Shown here in pieces: positions 17,675 through 28,675 of a DNA stretch of 64,000 nucleotides. The notes under the pieces were generated by a model, which was not told the origin of the DNA, did not search any database, and saw only the letters and a program-made list of their open reading frames with translations. The stretch is from Oscillatoriaceae cyanobacterium Prado104 (GTDB lineage: Bacteria > Cyanobacteriota > Cyanobacteriia > Cyanobacteriales > Microcoleaceae). Position 1 is the stretch's first letter. Each line of letters opens with the position of its first letter. The stretch is taken from NCBI GenBank assembly GCA_025454405.1, contig JALOON010000042.1, forward strand, positions 25,334 to 89,333, in the 5' to 3' direction. The position numbers were made by a program, and so were the translations under genes.

Positions 17675-19955
17675 CTAAACAAACTGACCCGTTCCATTCG
17701 ATCGCACTCGCCGAATTCCAATCACCGCAGGCATCGGCGAACGCCGCCTGTCATTCTCAGTATTGCTAGGCCACAAACTGCCGCGAGAAACAGTCCGAGT
17801 TTGATTGAAAACAGCACCGTTTAAATCCAACATTTCAATCGATCGGCGCAACACAGTACCGTCATCTATCGGGCAATCTTCTCCCGGATGTTGCACCGCA
17901 AGCAACATAGTATCTCCCACAAAAGTCGGCCCCGTCATTTCGCACCGATTCGGCCCGTAAGAAAATGGAACTACGGTTCCCGCATTCGGGCCGGAAGTCG
18001 GAATGTAAAACAGCCAATTGTTGCCGAAAACACCCGTAAAATCCGAGACATTTCCAGTTTTTGAATGGTCGATCGTATTTTGTTTCCCAGCAGCGCCAAC
18101 ATCAAAACCGTTGTGCGTGCTCGTAGACATATCCGTGACGCCCCAAACATTACCTTGAGAATCAAAAGCCAAATTGTCTACATTAGCAAATCCCGCCCCA
18201 TCTCGGGTTCCGGCTTCTCCACCTTGCGCCAAACGCTGCCACCGGAAAGTCAAACCCGCACCGTCGGGACTATCTTCAATGATTTTGTAAAGTCCTCCCG
18301 ACTGCTGGCCGCTGTTAACAGCAGCAGTGTATTTAGCAACATTAAAAATCCGAGAATCTGGATAACCGTCGCTTCCCGGCGCGCCGTCGGTATAGGCAAT
18401 GAAAACTTCATTAGTGCGAGGATGAACTTCCAAATCTTCCGGCCGCGCCGTCGGAGTACCGCCAACTAAATTAGCAGCTAAGAAAGCATCAACTAAAACC
18501 GCACCTTGGCTGGTGTAAAAATTAGCTAAAGTTTTATTTCTGTAGCCGGGAAGTGCAGTTGCTTCGTTAGCTGTATCCATCACAAAAGAACCGCCGTCTT
18601 GAGTTTGACCGGCAATTCCCGCCCGTCTGGGCAAACGAGTAGCTGCATCTCTTTGCGCCTTGCCAAAACTTGCCAATTCTGCTTCGCCAACTCTCGTCGG
18701 ACGCACCGGATTTGTCGGGGTATTTAATAGCAGCGGAATCCACCTGCCCGTACCGTTGCGGTTGTATTGGGCGACGTACAAAACGCCGTCTTCAAACAAG
18801 CGGCTGTTGCTTTTATCTGCAGGATTTGTAACAGTACCGTTGCTGACAAATTTCCAAGTATGTCCGCCGCGCCGATCGTCCCCCATGTATACTACTAATT
18901 TGCGTCCTGATTCAGCGCGAAAAGCGACGTTTTCATGGCGGAAACGGCCCAACCAACTGTGTTTCCGGGCGCGGAAATTCAGATCTTGCGGATCGACTTC
19001 TACCATCCAACCGTATTTTTCGCCTACTAAGCCGAATTCCTCACCGGTAGTGCCCTTGGCGTATTCGGTTTGGCCGCCGTTGGGTTTGACGCTTTCCTGG
19101 ACTCCGACAAAGAATACTTCGCTACCTTGGAAATTTTCTTCAGCAGTGAGGATTGTCCCCCAAGGAGTGGTGCCGCCGGAACAGTTGTAAGCCGTACCGA
19201 TGATGCGGGTTGTCGCCTTGTCTGGTTCCCCAGGAGGTGACATCCTTGTATTTGTCGGTACGTTCTCTGTTGATTCCCAAGCCAGAAAGTCCGTGAATGC
19301 GGCGGTTGAGGGGATCGCGGGGGATGGGTACAAATCGACCGTTGGCTTGTTTGGTGATGCGGACGATCGAACCCCCCAGATTGTACAAAAATTCGCCCAG
19401 GGTGGCGCGATTTTTTACCGATAAGTCTATGCCAAGGACGGCGCGATCGGCTGCGGGAAAGGGTGCCAAGTCTGACGGAGTTTCCGGCGCTACTTTCGAC
19501 AAGGGGAAGGATACGTACTCGTGGTTGACCCACAGATAGCCGTCGTCGTTGCTGCCGCGAACGCCTACAAAACCGGTGTAGTCGCTGTTGTAACCGAAAT
19601 AGTCAGCCGGATCGGGAAATACTCGATCGCCCCAGCGGACAATCAAATACCGTTCGTATTCCGGAGGTACAACTACATCGTCAATCACGTTGTAACTGGT
19701 TAATTTAGTATCCTGCGAGGCAGCCATTACAGTGCCCTGCCCGTTCAAACCCGTCGGCATGAAACTCGATTGTTGCCTGTAAATTGGCAGCGGGTGAGGC
19801 AGTCTTAAAGGAGTAAAAGAAGTTGGAGTTACTTGAGCTTCGGCTGCGCTAGAATTGACGCCGAATAAAGTTTGAGTTAGCGTGGGAGCAAGCGCAGTAG
19901 TAGCCGCACTGCCACCGAAAAAAATTAGCAGTTGTCGGCGAGTTATTTTAGACAT
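17675..19955 (-). CDS. phoX: Alkaline phosphatase PhoX (DUF839, Tat-secreted), interrupted by a +1/-1 frameshift near 19225-19245
   Basis: The N-terminal part (ORF 19140..19955) has a Tat signal (RRQLLIFFGGSAATTA) and PhoX-like sequence up to ...TDKYKDV. The C-terminal part (ORF 17675..19333) begins homology at SPPGEPDKATTRIIGTAYNCSGGTTPWGT, the PhoX NCAGGxTPWGT motif. The two frames switch inside gatgtcacctcctgggg, within a CCCC/GGGG run. Confidence 0.8.
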
Positions 19956-19979
19956 AAATTCCTTATCAATCCAACGTCC

Positions 19980-20185
19980 TTAGTTAAGTTAGGCGAGTCT
20001 TAATAGAACTTTACTCCTTGGAAATTAAGGACAGTTAAGCTTTTGGTTAATTAAAATACGGTAGAATTTTAGTTAAAAATACGTTAAGTTTGCAGTTAAT
20101 TAGTTGCCAGTATCTTCGCAGGGTGCGCACTGCGCACCTTACGTTTTAAATTAAGGAGAGTTAAGCTTTTGGTTAATTAAATTGT
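19980..20185. promoter_or_regulatory. Putative Pho-box clusters (TTAA-core octamers at ~11-bp phasing) upstream of phoX; includes a 34-nt direct repeat (20021-20054 and 20150-20183)
   Basis: Two triplets of PyTTAAPyPy(T/A)-like octamers: gTTAAaaa/gTTAAgtt/gTTAAtta at 20073/20084/20096, and aTTAAgga/gTTAAgct/gTTAAtta at 20025/20035/20047. These lie 70-230 bp upstream of the phoX start (19955). They resemble cyanobacterial SphR/PhoB Pho boxes, which are three 8-bp direct repeats spaced 3 bp apart. Confidence 0.45.
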
Positions 20186-20496
20186 TGGATTATCCAACAG
20201 CCCGACAGGGAATTAATTCCCTGTCTCATAGCGAAAGTCCTCTCAAAGAGGACTGCAATTAATCGCGATCGAATGTCAGATTCCCCTGTCGGTTTCAATT
20301 GACATCTTGCACGCAGGGTCAATATGGGGGTTATTGGTGGGGTCGGGCGGGTTTATTTAGTCTATTTGCTACGTTTTTAATCTTTGGCGAACCCGCCCCT
20401 ACAGGTTATCGATCTGGGTACAAGCTCTCAGTTATACCCAAATATCAACTGTCAACTCTCAACTGTCAAAGATCGACTATCAACTATCAACTTAAT

Positions 20497-20967
20497 TCAA
20501 TCATCTCGATAACCCGGATCGTCTTCTCGGGATGCAACCCGGCTGGGCGCAGGTACATTAATTGCTTGCGACGGACCGGAATTTGCGGCAGAAATATTGC
20601 CGTCTCTGAATCCCAACAGCATTTTCGCATCAGCAAAATATCTAGTCCATTGTTCGATTCTAGAATTTTGTTGCCAATTGCGGCGCGATACTCTCGATCG
20701 CAATACTGGAACTAATTGTCTGGCGCGATCGGCAGTTACGATAATTGTAATTTCTGTCAATCCCGGATTTTCTTGAAACTCGCGGGCGATCGACTCTTTA
20801 GCTAAATCTTCCGCCTGTTGCACTAAACTCGTAAAAGATTGACTGCTATCCGCATCTAGGGTAACATAGCGTTCTTTAGTTTCTGCGAGGGATACCGATA
20901 TGCTTGTGGCGGCGAAAAAGACCGCTGCTAAAATAAAGGTTGAAAATAAGCGCCTAAGCAAACTCAT
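20497..20967 (-). CDS. Hypothetical secreted protein (signal peptide)
   Basis: A 156-aa ORF whose N-terminus LFSTFILAAVFFAATSISVSLA is signal-peptide-like. There is no domain I recognise. Confidence 0.45.
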   Translation of the reverse strand: MSLLRRLFSTFILAAVFFAATSISVSLAETKERYVTLDADSSQSFTSLVQQAEDLAKESIAREFQENPGLTEITIIVTADRARQLVPVLRSRVSRRNWQQNSRIEQWTRYFADAKMLLGFRDGNISAANSGPSQAINVPAPSRVASREDDPGYRDD

Positions 20968-21134
20968 TATTTTTTTAACTAAATTCTGGTCGCTGTCAAT
21001 GATAATAAATAAAAATTAACATCATATTAAGCTGCGATTAAAATATTACGATCGTCGAGTTGCTCGAAACTCAAAATTCAAAACTCAAAACTCAAAATTC
21101 AAAACTCAAAACTCCTTACCAACTGTCAACTATC

Positions 21135-22013
21135 ATGAAATTTATCGAGTGGCGGCGGTATTCAACGCCTTATTTGTTTTTATTTCCGGCTTTGTTTGTC
21201 CTGAGTTTGACGGTTTTGTGGCCGGCGCTGCAAGCTTTTTATTTGAGTTTTACCAATTACGAATACGATCTGACGCAAGTGCCTTCTTGGGTGGGATTGA
21301 AGAATTTTTACAGGTTGGCGGCCGATCGCACTTTTTGGCAAACTTTGACTAATACGGTGCTCTACCTCGCCTGCGTCGTGCCGTTGTTGGTAGTTGTACC
21401 TTTAGGATTGGCGATTTTGTGCAACCAAAAATTGCGGGGGATGAACTGGTTTCGGGCTGCTTACTACACCCCGGCGGTGATTTCTATGGTGGTAGCCGGG
21501 ATTGCTTGGAAGTGGCTGTTTGCAGAAAATGGAGTGCTCAATCAATTGGGGCAATTGTTGGGTTTGCCTGCGGTTTCTTGGCTGGCAAATCCGCGGTTTG
21601 CTATCTTTAGCGTCATGGCCGTGACTGTCTGGAAAGGCTTGGGTTATTACATGGTAATTTACTTGGCAGGGCTGCAAGCGATTCCGGCAGAACTTTATGA
21701 GGCCGCTGCAATTGACGGTTCTGACGGTTTCAAAAAGCACTGGGATATTACCGTGCCGCTGATGAGGCCTTATTTAGTTTTGGTGGCGGTAATCTCGGCG
21801 ATTTCTGCTACTAAGGTTTTTGAAGAGGTTTATATTATGACTCAGGGCGGACCTCGCAACAGTTCTAAGACTGTAGTGTATTATCTTTACGAACGGGCTT
21901 TTAAGGATTTGGAAATCGGTTATGCTTGTACGATCGGTCTGGTGCTGTTTTTGCTAATCCTCGGTTTGTCTGTCTTGCAAATTAGCATTCAAGGTGTCGC
22001 GCGCAAATATTAA
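21135..22013 (+). CDS. Carbohydrate ABC transporter permease (MalF/UgpA-type), orphan
   Basis: It has the EAA-like permease loop (AAAIDGSDGFKKHWDITVPLMRP) and six TM segments. The true start is probably ATG 21135 (MKFIEW...), because the table ORF start at 21060 lies inside a heptamer repeat. No partner permease, substrate-binding protein or ATPase is adjacent. Confidence 0.75.
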   Translation: MKFIEWRRYSTPYLFLFPALFVLSLTVLWPALQAFYLSFTNYEYDLTQVPSWVGLKNFYRLAADRTFWQTLTNTVLYLACVVPLLVVVPLGLAILCNQKLRGMNWFRAAYYTPAVISMVVAGIAWKWLFAENGVLNQLGQLLGLPAVSWLANPRFAIFSVMAVTVWKGLGYYMVIYLAGLQAIPAELYEAAAIDGSDGFKKHWDITVPLMRPYLVLVAVISAISATKVFEEVYIMTQGGPRNSSKTVVYYLYERAFKDLEIGYACTIGLVLFLLILGLSVLQISIQGVARKY

Positions 22014-22543
22014 GATTTGTAAAGCGAGCGAACCTGGACGCTGCCGCCGGGAAGATTTAAAGTAGAAAGGAACCATCCACTCCGAGGCCTAGCAATGGTT
22101 TTTCAAGCAGAGTCAAGAGCAAAAACCAACTGTTTTTGGCCGGACAATCCGATTTCTGGCAGTATACTGGGATTGAGGAAGTGCGAGAAATTCGATCGAC
22201 CTCAAACATTTGATAGTTGACACTTGACAGTTGAGAGTCGATAGTAGAAGCGTGCGAGCGTCGGGAATTCGCGATGTCGGTCGTTGACTGTGAGGTTTGT
22301 CAACAGTTTATCTAGAACAGTTGACTTCCCAAACGCGAGGTTTTAAGACTCTAAAAGAAACAGTCCGCTGTCCGCTGTTAAGACGGGTTTTAAACCGGGC
22401 TAGCGAAAACTTTCCGGTTGGAGGGGTGGGGGCTAATAACCCTTAATATTTGGTCAAAGTTGTCATCAAAAATATTTTTGAGTTTTGAATTCAAGCAGCG
22501 ATCGCGCCTTTTAGCCAACAAATTTAATCCAAATTCTACAAAT

Positions 22544-25500
22544 ATGATAGCTCTTAACGGATATCAAATTACCGAAAAAGTTTACTCGGGAGCCAATACA
22601 GTTATTTACCGGGGAATCTGGCAAAAACAAAACGTGCCAGTCATCGTCAAAACCCTGAAAAGCGAGTATCCGACGCTCGAACAAATTACGAGATTGAGAC
22701 ACGAATCTAAAATTAGGAGGCAGCCAGAAGAGTTAAAAAATGTTGTCAACTTTTACCGTATTGAAAACTATTTAAATGGCATTGCATTAATCTTAGAAGA
22801 TTTTGGGGGAGTCGATTTAGCGCAGTATTTATCAACTGCCAAACTCAAGCTAAAAGATTTTTTGGCAATTGCCATTCAGCTAGCAAATGGTTTGGCGCAA
22901 ATTCACCAACATCAAATCATCCATAAGGATATTAAACCTCACAATATTATCATCAACCCGGAAACCGAGGAGGTGAAAATTACCGACTTCAGCATCGCCT
23001 CCCGTTTGGGAAGAGAAAGCGCAACTTCCAGCTATCCCAAATTTCTTGAAGGCAGTTTGGCCTATATGTCGCCGGAACAAACAGGTAGAATGAATCGCGT
23101 AATTGACTACCGCAGCGACTTCTATTCTTTGGGAGTGACTTTTTATGAAATGCTGATCGGTAAATTGCCGTTTAGCGCGAGCGATCCTTTAGAATTGGTA
23201 CACTGTCACATCGCTAAAATACCCGAATCTCCCCGCAGTTTAAATCCAGAAATTCCCGAGGTAATTTCTGGGATTGTCATGAAATTGCTGGCCAAAACAG
23301 CAGAAGACAGGTATCAAAGTGCCGAAGGTTTGAGATTTGACTTAGAAACCTGTTTGGCAAAGCTGGAAGCTAGCGAAAGTTTATCGGATTTTACTCCAGG
23401 CAAGGCCGATCGAGCGCGTCAATTAACGATACCTCAAAAACTCTACGGCAGAAACAATGAATTAGCTACTTTGATGAATGCTTTTAACCGCATCAGCGGT
23501 ACGGATTCTGCCTCAAATTCTGCCTCAACTAAGGGACGCTGCGGGGTAGAAATGATTCTGGTTTCTGGTTATTCCGGTATCGGCAAATCCTGCTTGGTAA
23601 ATGAAGTTCAAAAACCGATCGCGCGACAGCGGGGATATTTTATTTCTGGTAAATTCGACCAATTTAAGCGGAATATTCCTTATTATTCTCTGATTCAAGC
23701 ATTTCAATCATTAATTCGGCAACTGCTGACAGAAAGCGAAATTTCGATTTTGAGTTGGAAATACAAATTACTGGCAGCATTGGGTACTAAAGGTAAAGCA
23801 CTTGCCGAAATAATTCCCGAAATCGAACTGATTATCGGCAGGCAGTCTCCAGCCCCAAAACTAGGGGCGATCGAATCGCAAAATCGCTTCAATCAGGTAT
23901 TGAAACAATTTATTAGCGTATTTGCCACAAAAGAACACCCGCTAGTGATTTTTCTCGACGATTTGCAGTGGGGTGATGCAGCTTCGCTCAAATTAATAGA
24001 ACTGCTAATGAGCGACTCGGACAATAAATATTTGCTGCTCATTGGAGCTTATCGAGATAACGAAGTCAGTGCCGCCCACCCGCTGATTCAAACAGTAGAA
24101 AAAATTCAAGCAGCGGGCGCAACTGTCAATAATATTGTTCTCACTCCTTTGCGGTTAAATCATGTCGGTGAATTGATATGCGATACCCTAAATGAGGAAA
24201 ATCCGGTTTCCGAATTGACGGAATTGCTGTTTAACAAAACTCAAGGAAATCCTTTCTTTTTAACTCAGTTGCTAACAACACTTTATCAAGAAGATTTGTT
24301 AGTTTATGACTTGCAGCTTGGGAGTTGGCAGTGGGATATCGAGCGCATACAGGCGATCGGCATTACTGATTGCAATATTGTGGAGTTACTCGCTCGCAAT
24401 ATCAGAAAATTGCCCCCAGCAGTCCAGTCAGCCTTACAATTAGCGGCTTGTATCGGCAGCCAGTTTAATTTAGAAGTGCTGGCAGTTGTCAGTGAAAAAT
24501 CCCTGACGGAAACCGCATTAAACTTGTGGGATGCTCTTCAGGCAGGTTTGATATTGCCCGCGAGCAAAAATTATAAAATTCCGCTGGCTTTTGATGAAGA
24601 ACCAAGCTCTAGCGCCCTGCAAGATGTCAAAGTAGATTACAAATTCTTGCACGACAAAGTGCAGCAAGCAGCTTATTCTTTGATACCGGACGAAGAGAAA
24701 AGAGAAACTCACCTGAAAATCGGTCAATTGTTGCTGAAAAATACTCCCCCAGCAGCTCGAAAAGATTGCATTTTTGCTTTAGTAAACCAACTTAATTTTG
24801 GCATGAGAGCTACAGCAAAACCCATGAATTTCCTGTCGGGGGAATCCGAAAAATACGAGTTAGCTGAACTCAATTTAATTGCAGGTCAAAAAGCTAAAGC
24901 TGCCACGGCCTACGAAGCCGCTCTCAAGTATTTGAAAGTAGGTTTGGGACTGCTGAAATCGGAGTCTAGCTGGCAGAATCATTACCAGCTAACTTTCAAT
25001 CTATTTTTGGAGACAGCGGAAGCAGAATATCTCAATACTAATTTTGAGCGGGCGGAAACTTTAACTAATATTCTCTTGCGCCAAGCTGCCGACAGACTCG
25101 ATCGAGTCAAAGTTTTTGAGCTAAAAATCCAGATTTATGCAGTCCAAAATCAGATGCTCAAGGCCCTTACTACAGGACTGCAAGCTTTGGAGATGATGGG
25201 CATTTCTCGCTTGAAAATTTTAGATTACAACCGCCAGACAATCGCCCTGCCACTGTTGGAAGAAGTGGCAAAATTACCGGAAATGAAATCGCCGGAACAG
25301 CTAGCAATTATGAGGCTGTTGATGTCGATCACTTCCCCGGCTTTGAACGTCAAATCAAAAACTTTGCGCTCGATCGTCGTGACGCAAGTTAACCTCTGCA
25401 TCGAACAAGGTTATTCGGCACTAGCTGCTTTTTCCTATAGCTGGTACGGCACGATTTTGTGCGGGTCGATCGGAGATGTTGAAAAAGGTTATCATGCCGG

Positions 25501-28500
25501 ACAAATCGCTGTGAAGCTGTTGGATCGGTTTGATGCGAGTTTAATTAAATGCCAAGTTTTAAATATGTTTAACGGTTTTATCAAACCGTGGAAAACCCAC
25601 GCGAGAGAAACCCTCGATCCGTTACAGGAAGGGTTTCAAAGTGGCATGGAAGTGGGCGATTTAATTTATGCTGGCTTCAATGCTTTAAACCGCTGCATTT
25701 ATACTTTTCTCGTGGGAGACAAACTAGATTTATTAGATCGAGAGCTAGAAGGATACATCGATCTGTTTCAGAAAAACCGGGTAGTTTTTTTGCTGCCTAT
25801 TTTTGATATCTGGAAGCAAGTAAAAATCAATTTGCAGGGTTTGTCCTTCGATAAATACCGCTTGATGGGCGAACATTTTAATGAAAGCTTTGTGTTGGAA
25901 AAAATGCAGGTAGAGCGTCAAGAAGATTGGACGCTGTTTAACTTTTACTTGGCAAAACAAATCATTTGTTATTTATTTAAAGATGCTGCGGGTGCCGTTG
26001 CTAATGCTTCGCTAGCTCGAGAATGCCTGCAATCTGCCGGCGGATCGATGCTGCTAGCAATACACAATTTTTACCAGTCCCTGGCTTTGCTGGCCGACTG
26101 CGAACAATTAGCGGCAAGCGAACGGGAAAAACGCATCGCTAGAGTGAATATCAATCAAGCAAAAATGCACGAATGGGCCCACAAAGCACCGATGAATTAC
26201 CAGCATAAATACGATTTAGTAGAGGCTGAAAAATGGCGGGTGTTGGGAGAAAAATACCGGGCAATGGATTATTACGATCGCGCGATCGAAAAGGCTGCCC
26301 AACAGGGATACATTCAGGAAGCAGCCCTCGCCAACGAATTAGCTGCGGAGTTTTATCTATCTCAAGGCAAAGAAAAAATTGCTAAATCTTACATGACTGA
26401 TGCTTATTACGGCTATATCCGCTGGGGCGCAAATGCTAAAGTTGCAGATTTAGAAGTCAGATATCCGCAGTCGATCGTCCGCACTCCAGAAGCTGGAAAT
26501 TCCACAAAAAGCGATCGAACTCTTGCCGGAACTTCTGTAACTGCTACCACCCACCAAGGAAGTTTCGATTTTGCTTCGGTGATGAAAGCATCTCTTGCTA
26601 TTTCTGGAGAAATAGTTCTAGATTCTTTGCTAGAAAAATTGATGGTAATTTTGCTAGAAAATGCGGGTGCTGAAAATGGCTGCCTGATCGTCCCAAAAGA
26701 TGGCGAATTTATCGTTGAAGCTGAGGTAAAAGTGGGTACTAGAGTCAAAGTTATGCGCTCTTTGATGTCCCTGGGAGGCGAGGCAATACCCTGTTCCTAC
26801 CCGCAAGCTGCGATCAATTATGTCAATCGAACTTGGGAAGATGTAGTTTTAAATGATGCCAGCAGCGAGGCAATGTTTAATAGCGACCCCTACATCGTTC
26901 AATACCAGCCCAAATCACTGCTGTGCTTGCCGATCGTCTATCAAGGCAAATTAAATGCTATCCTTTATTTGGAAAACAATTTGACAGTTTGTGCTTTCGG
27001 ACCGGAGCATTTGGAAGTTTTGAAAATCCTGTCTTCTCAAGCCGCGATCGCCCTAGAAAATGCTCGGCTTTACGCTAACTTGGAAGCGGCAAACCAAAAA
27101 TTAGAAGAATACAATTCTAATCTGGAAAAGAAAGTAGAAGAACGCACCCAACAATTGCACGAAAAAAATGCCCTGCTGTTTCAAGAAATTAAAGAAAGAC
27201 AAAAAGCTGAAGCCGAAGCTAAAGCAGCAAGTCTGGCTAAAAGTGAATTTTTAGCTAACATGAGTCACGAATTCCGCACCCCCCTCAACGGCATTTTAGG
27301 ATACGCTCAAATCTTCAAGCGAGACAAACAATTGACGCCGCAGCAACAAGATGGAATTCGCGTCATCCAGCGATGTGGCGAACATTTGCTAGAGTTAATC
27401 GGGGATATTTTAGATATTTCTAAAATTGAAGCGAGGAAAATGGAACTGGTAGTCACAGAGTTTGATTTTTCCGAATTCATTCACAGCATCAATGAAATAT
27501 TTCGGATCAAAGCCAATCAAAAAGGCATCGCTTTTAACTGCAAATTCCAGTCCTCTATGCCGCGGGCGATCGCAGCCGATGAAAAGAAACTGCGCCAAAT
27601 TTTGATTAATTTAATTGGCAATGCAGTGAAGTTTACGGAAACTGGTGGAGTTACCTTCAAAATTTTAGCAACCAATTGTCCGACAGGCGGGGACGAGCAT
27701 GAAGCAGCAACACCAAAAGTGAGGATTCGCTTTCAAATTGAAGATACTGGAATTGGCATTGCTGCGGATGAATTGTCAAAAATATTTTCACCTTTTGAAC
27801 AGGTAGGAAACACTCGCAGCCAGACTGAAGGCACGGGATTGGGATTAGCAATTAGCAGACAATTAGTAGAGATTATGGGTGGCGAAGTTAAAGTCAAAAG
27901 CGTTTTGGGAAGAGGCAGCATTTTCTACTTTGAATTGGACTTGAGGGAAGTTAAGAAAGAGGAACACAAAAAGTTTTATGAAAAAACTATTAAAGGTTTC
28001 AGCGGTGCCAAGAAAAAAATTTTAGTAGCTGACGACAAGTGGGAAAATCGATCGGTATTCGTCCAACTGCTCGCACCCTTAGGTTTTGAAATAATTGAGG
28101 CAGCCGACGGTCAAGAATGCGTGGATAAAGCGAGAGAATTTCAACCGGATTGTATCTTAATGGATTTAGTCATGCCGGTGATGGACGGCTTTGAAGCAGT
28201 GCGGCAAATTCGCAAGTTGCCCGAGTTGCAAAATGTCGTGACGATCGGCACTTCTGCCAGCATTTTAGAATCCCAAAAGCAGGTAAGTTTGACCGCAGGA
28301 TGCAATGCTTTCCTCGCTAAGCCGATCCGCGCTGAGGAGCTTTTTGATTGCTTGCAAATCCATTTAGGTTTAGAATGGATTTGTGAAGAATTGCAGGAAG
28401 AAAATGCTGAGCTTGAAAGTTCCGATCTCCAAATTTTCAACAGTTCATCTTCGATCGCGCAGCAAGAAACGATCGCCCCTCCTCCGGAAGAGATAGCCGT

Positions 28501-28672
28501 ACTCTTTGAGCTAGCGATGATGGGAGATCTGGGAGGAATTCAAAAGCAAGCAGAAAAATTGGCAAAAAAGGATGTTAAATATGTTAACTTTGCCAGAAAA
28601 CTGATGCAGCTAGCTAAAGATTTTGACGAACAAAAAATATTAGAATTAGTGGAACAATATAGGAACCAGTAA
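22544..28672 (+). CDS. HstK-type giant signalling protein: Ser/Thr kinase, AAA/NACHT-like P-loop ATPase, helical repeats, GAF, histidine kinase (HisKA+HATPase_c), receiver, plus C-terminal extension
   Basis: Kinase motifs HKDIKPHNIII, DFS and SLAYMSPEQ; Walker A ILVSGYSGIGKSCLVNEV; GAF domain; H-box LANMSHEFRTPLNGI; G-boxes EDTGIGIAADE...GTGLGLAISRQL; receiver domain ILVADD...LMDLVMPVMDG...AKP. The start is set at ATG 22544 (MIALNGYQI). The table ORF starts 42 codons upstream in non-conserved sequence. Confidence 0.85.
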   Translation: MIALNGYQITEKVYSGANTVIYRGIWQKQNVPVIVKTLKSEYPTLEQITRLRHESKIRRQPEELKNVVNFYRIENYLNGIALILEDFGGVDLAQYLSTAKLKLKDFLAIAIQLANGLAQIHQHQIIHKDIKPHNIIINPETEEVKITDFSIASRLGRESATSSYPKFLEGSLAYMSPEQTGRMNRVIDYRSDFYSLGVTFYEMLIGKLPFSASDPLELVHCHIAKIPESPRSLNPEIPEVISGIVMKLLAKTAEDRYQSAEGLRFDLETCLAKLEASESLSDFTPGKADRARQLTIPQKLYGRNNELATLMNAFNRISGTDSASNSASTKGRCGVEMILVSGYSGIGKSCLVNEVQKPIARQRGYFISGKFDQFKRNIPYYSLIQAFQSLIRQLLTESEISILSWKYKLLAALGTKGKALAEIIPEIELIIGRQSPAPKLGAIESQNRFNQVLKQFISVFATKEHPLVIFLDDLQWGDAASLKLIELLMSDSDNKYLLLIGAYRDNEVSAAHPLIQTVEKIQAAGATVNNIVLTPLRLNHVGELICDTLNEENPVSELTELLFNKTQGNPFFLTQLLTTLYQEDLLVYDLQLGSWQWDIERIQAIGITDCNIVELLARNIRKLPPAVQSALQLAACIGSQFNLEVLAVVSEKSLTETALNLWDALQAGLILPASKNYKIPLAFDEEPSSSALQDVKVDYKFLHDKVQQAAYSLIPDEEKRETHLKIGQLLLKNTPPAARKDCIFALVNQLNFGMRATAKPMNFLSGESEKYELAELNLIAGQKAKAATAYEAALKYLKVGLGLLKSESSWQNHYQLTFNLFLETAEAEYLNTNFERAETLTNILLRQAADRLDRVKVFELKIQIYAVQNQMLKALTTGLQALEMMGISRLKILDYNRQTIALPLLEEVAKLPEMKSPEQLAIMRLLMSITSPALNVKSKTLRSIVVTQVNLCIEQGYSALAAFSYSWYGTILCGSIGDVEKGYHAGQIAVKLLDRFDASLIKCQVLNMFNGFIKPWKTHARETLDPLQEGFQSGMEVGDLIYAGFNALNRCIYTFLVGDKLDLLDRELEGYIDLFQKNRVVFLLPIFDIWKQVKINLQGLSFDKYRLMGEHFNESFVLEKMQVERQEDWTLFNFYLAKQIICYLFKDAAGAVANASLARECLQSAGGSMLLAIHNFYQSLALLADCEQLAASEREKRIARVNINQAKMHEWAHKAPMNYQHKYDLVEAEKWRVLGEKYRAMDYYDRAIEKAAQQGYIQEAALANELAAEFYLSQGKEKIAKSYMTDAYYGYIRWGANAKVADLEVRYPQSIVRTPEAGNSTKSDRTLAGTSVTATTHQGSFDFASVMKASLAISGEIVLDSLLEKLMVILLENAGAENGCLIVPKDGEFIVEAEVKVGTRVKVMRSLMSLGGEAIPCSYPQAAINYVNRTWEDVVLNDASSEAMFNSDPYIVQYQPKSLLCLPIVYQGKLNAILYLENNLTVCAFGPEHLEVLKILSSQAAIALENARLYANLEAANQKLEEYNSNLEKKVEERTQQLHEKNALLFQEIKERQKAEAEAKAASLAKSEFLANMSHEFRTPLNGILGYAQIFKRDKQLTPQQQDGIRVIQRCGEHLLELIGDILDISKIEARKMELVVTEFDFSEFIHSINEIFRIKANQKGIAFNCKFQSSMPRAIAADEKKLRQILINLIGNAVKFTETGGVTFKILATNCPTGGDEHEAATPKVRIRFQIEDTGIGIAADELSKIFSPFEQVGNTRSQTEGTGLGLAISRQLVEIMGGEVKVKSVLGRGSIFYFELDLREVKKEEHKKFYEKTIKGFSGAKKKILVADDKWENRSVFVQLLAPLGFEIIEAADGQECVDKAREFQPDCILMDLVMPVMDGFEAVRQIRKLPELQNVVTIGTSASILESQKQVSLTAGCNAFLAKPIRAEELFDCLQIHLGLEWICEELQEENAELESSDLQIFNSSSSIAQQETIAPPPEEIAVLFELAMMGDLGGIQKQAEKLAKKDVKYVNFARKLMQLAKDFDEQKILELVEQYRNQ

Positions 28673-28675
28673 ACA

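Noticed and set aside
20299-20715. 138-aa plus-strand ORF between phoX and the secreted-protein gene
   Set aside because: It overlaps the better-supported minus-strand gene 20497-20967 and the hairpin/repeat region, and its translation is low-complexity (YQLSTLNCQRSTINYQLNSI) derived from heptamer repeats.
21060-21134. Upstream extension of the ABC permease and the HstK gene (22418-22543) as given in the ORF table
   Set aside because: The extensions run through heptamer repeats or non-conserved sequence. Internal ATGs at 21135 and 22544 give N-termini that match the respective families.
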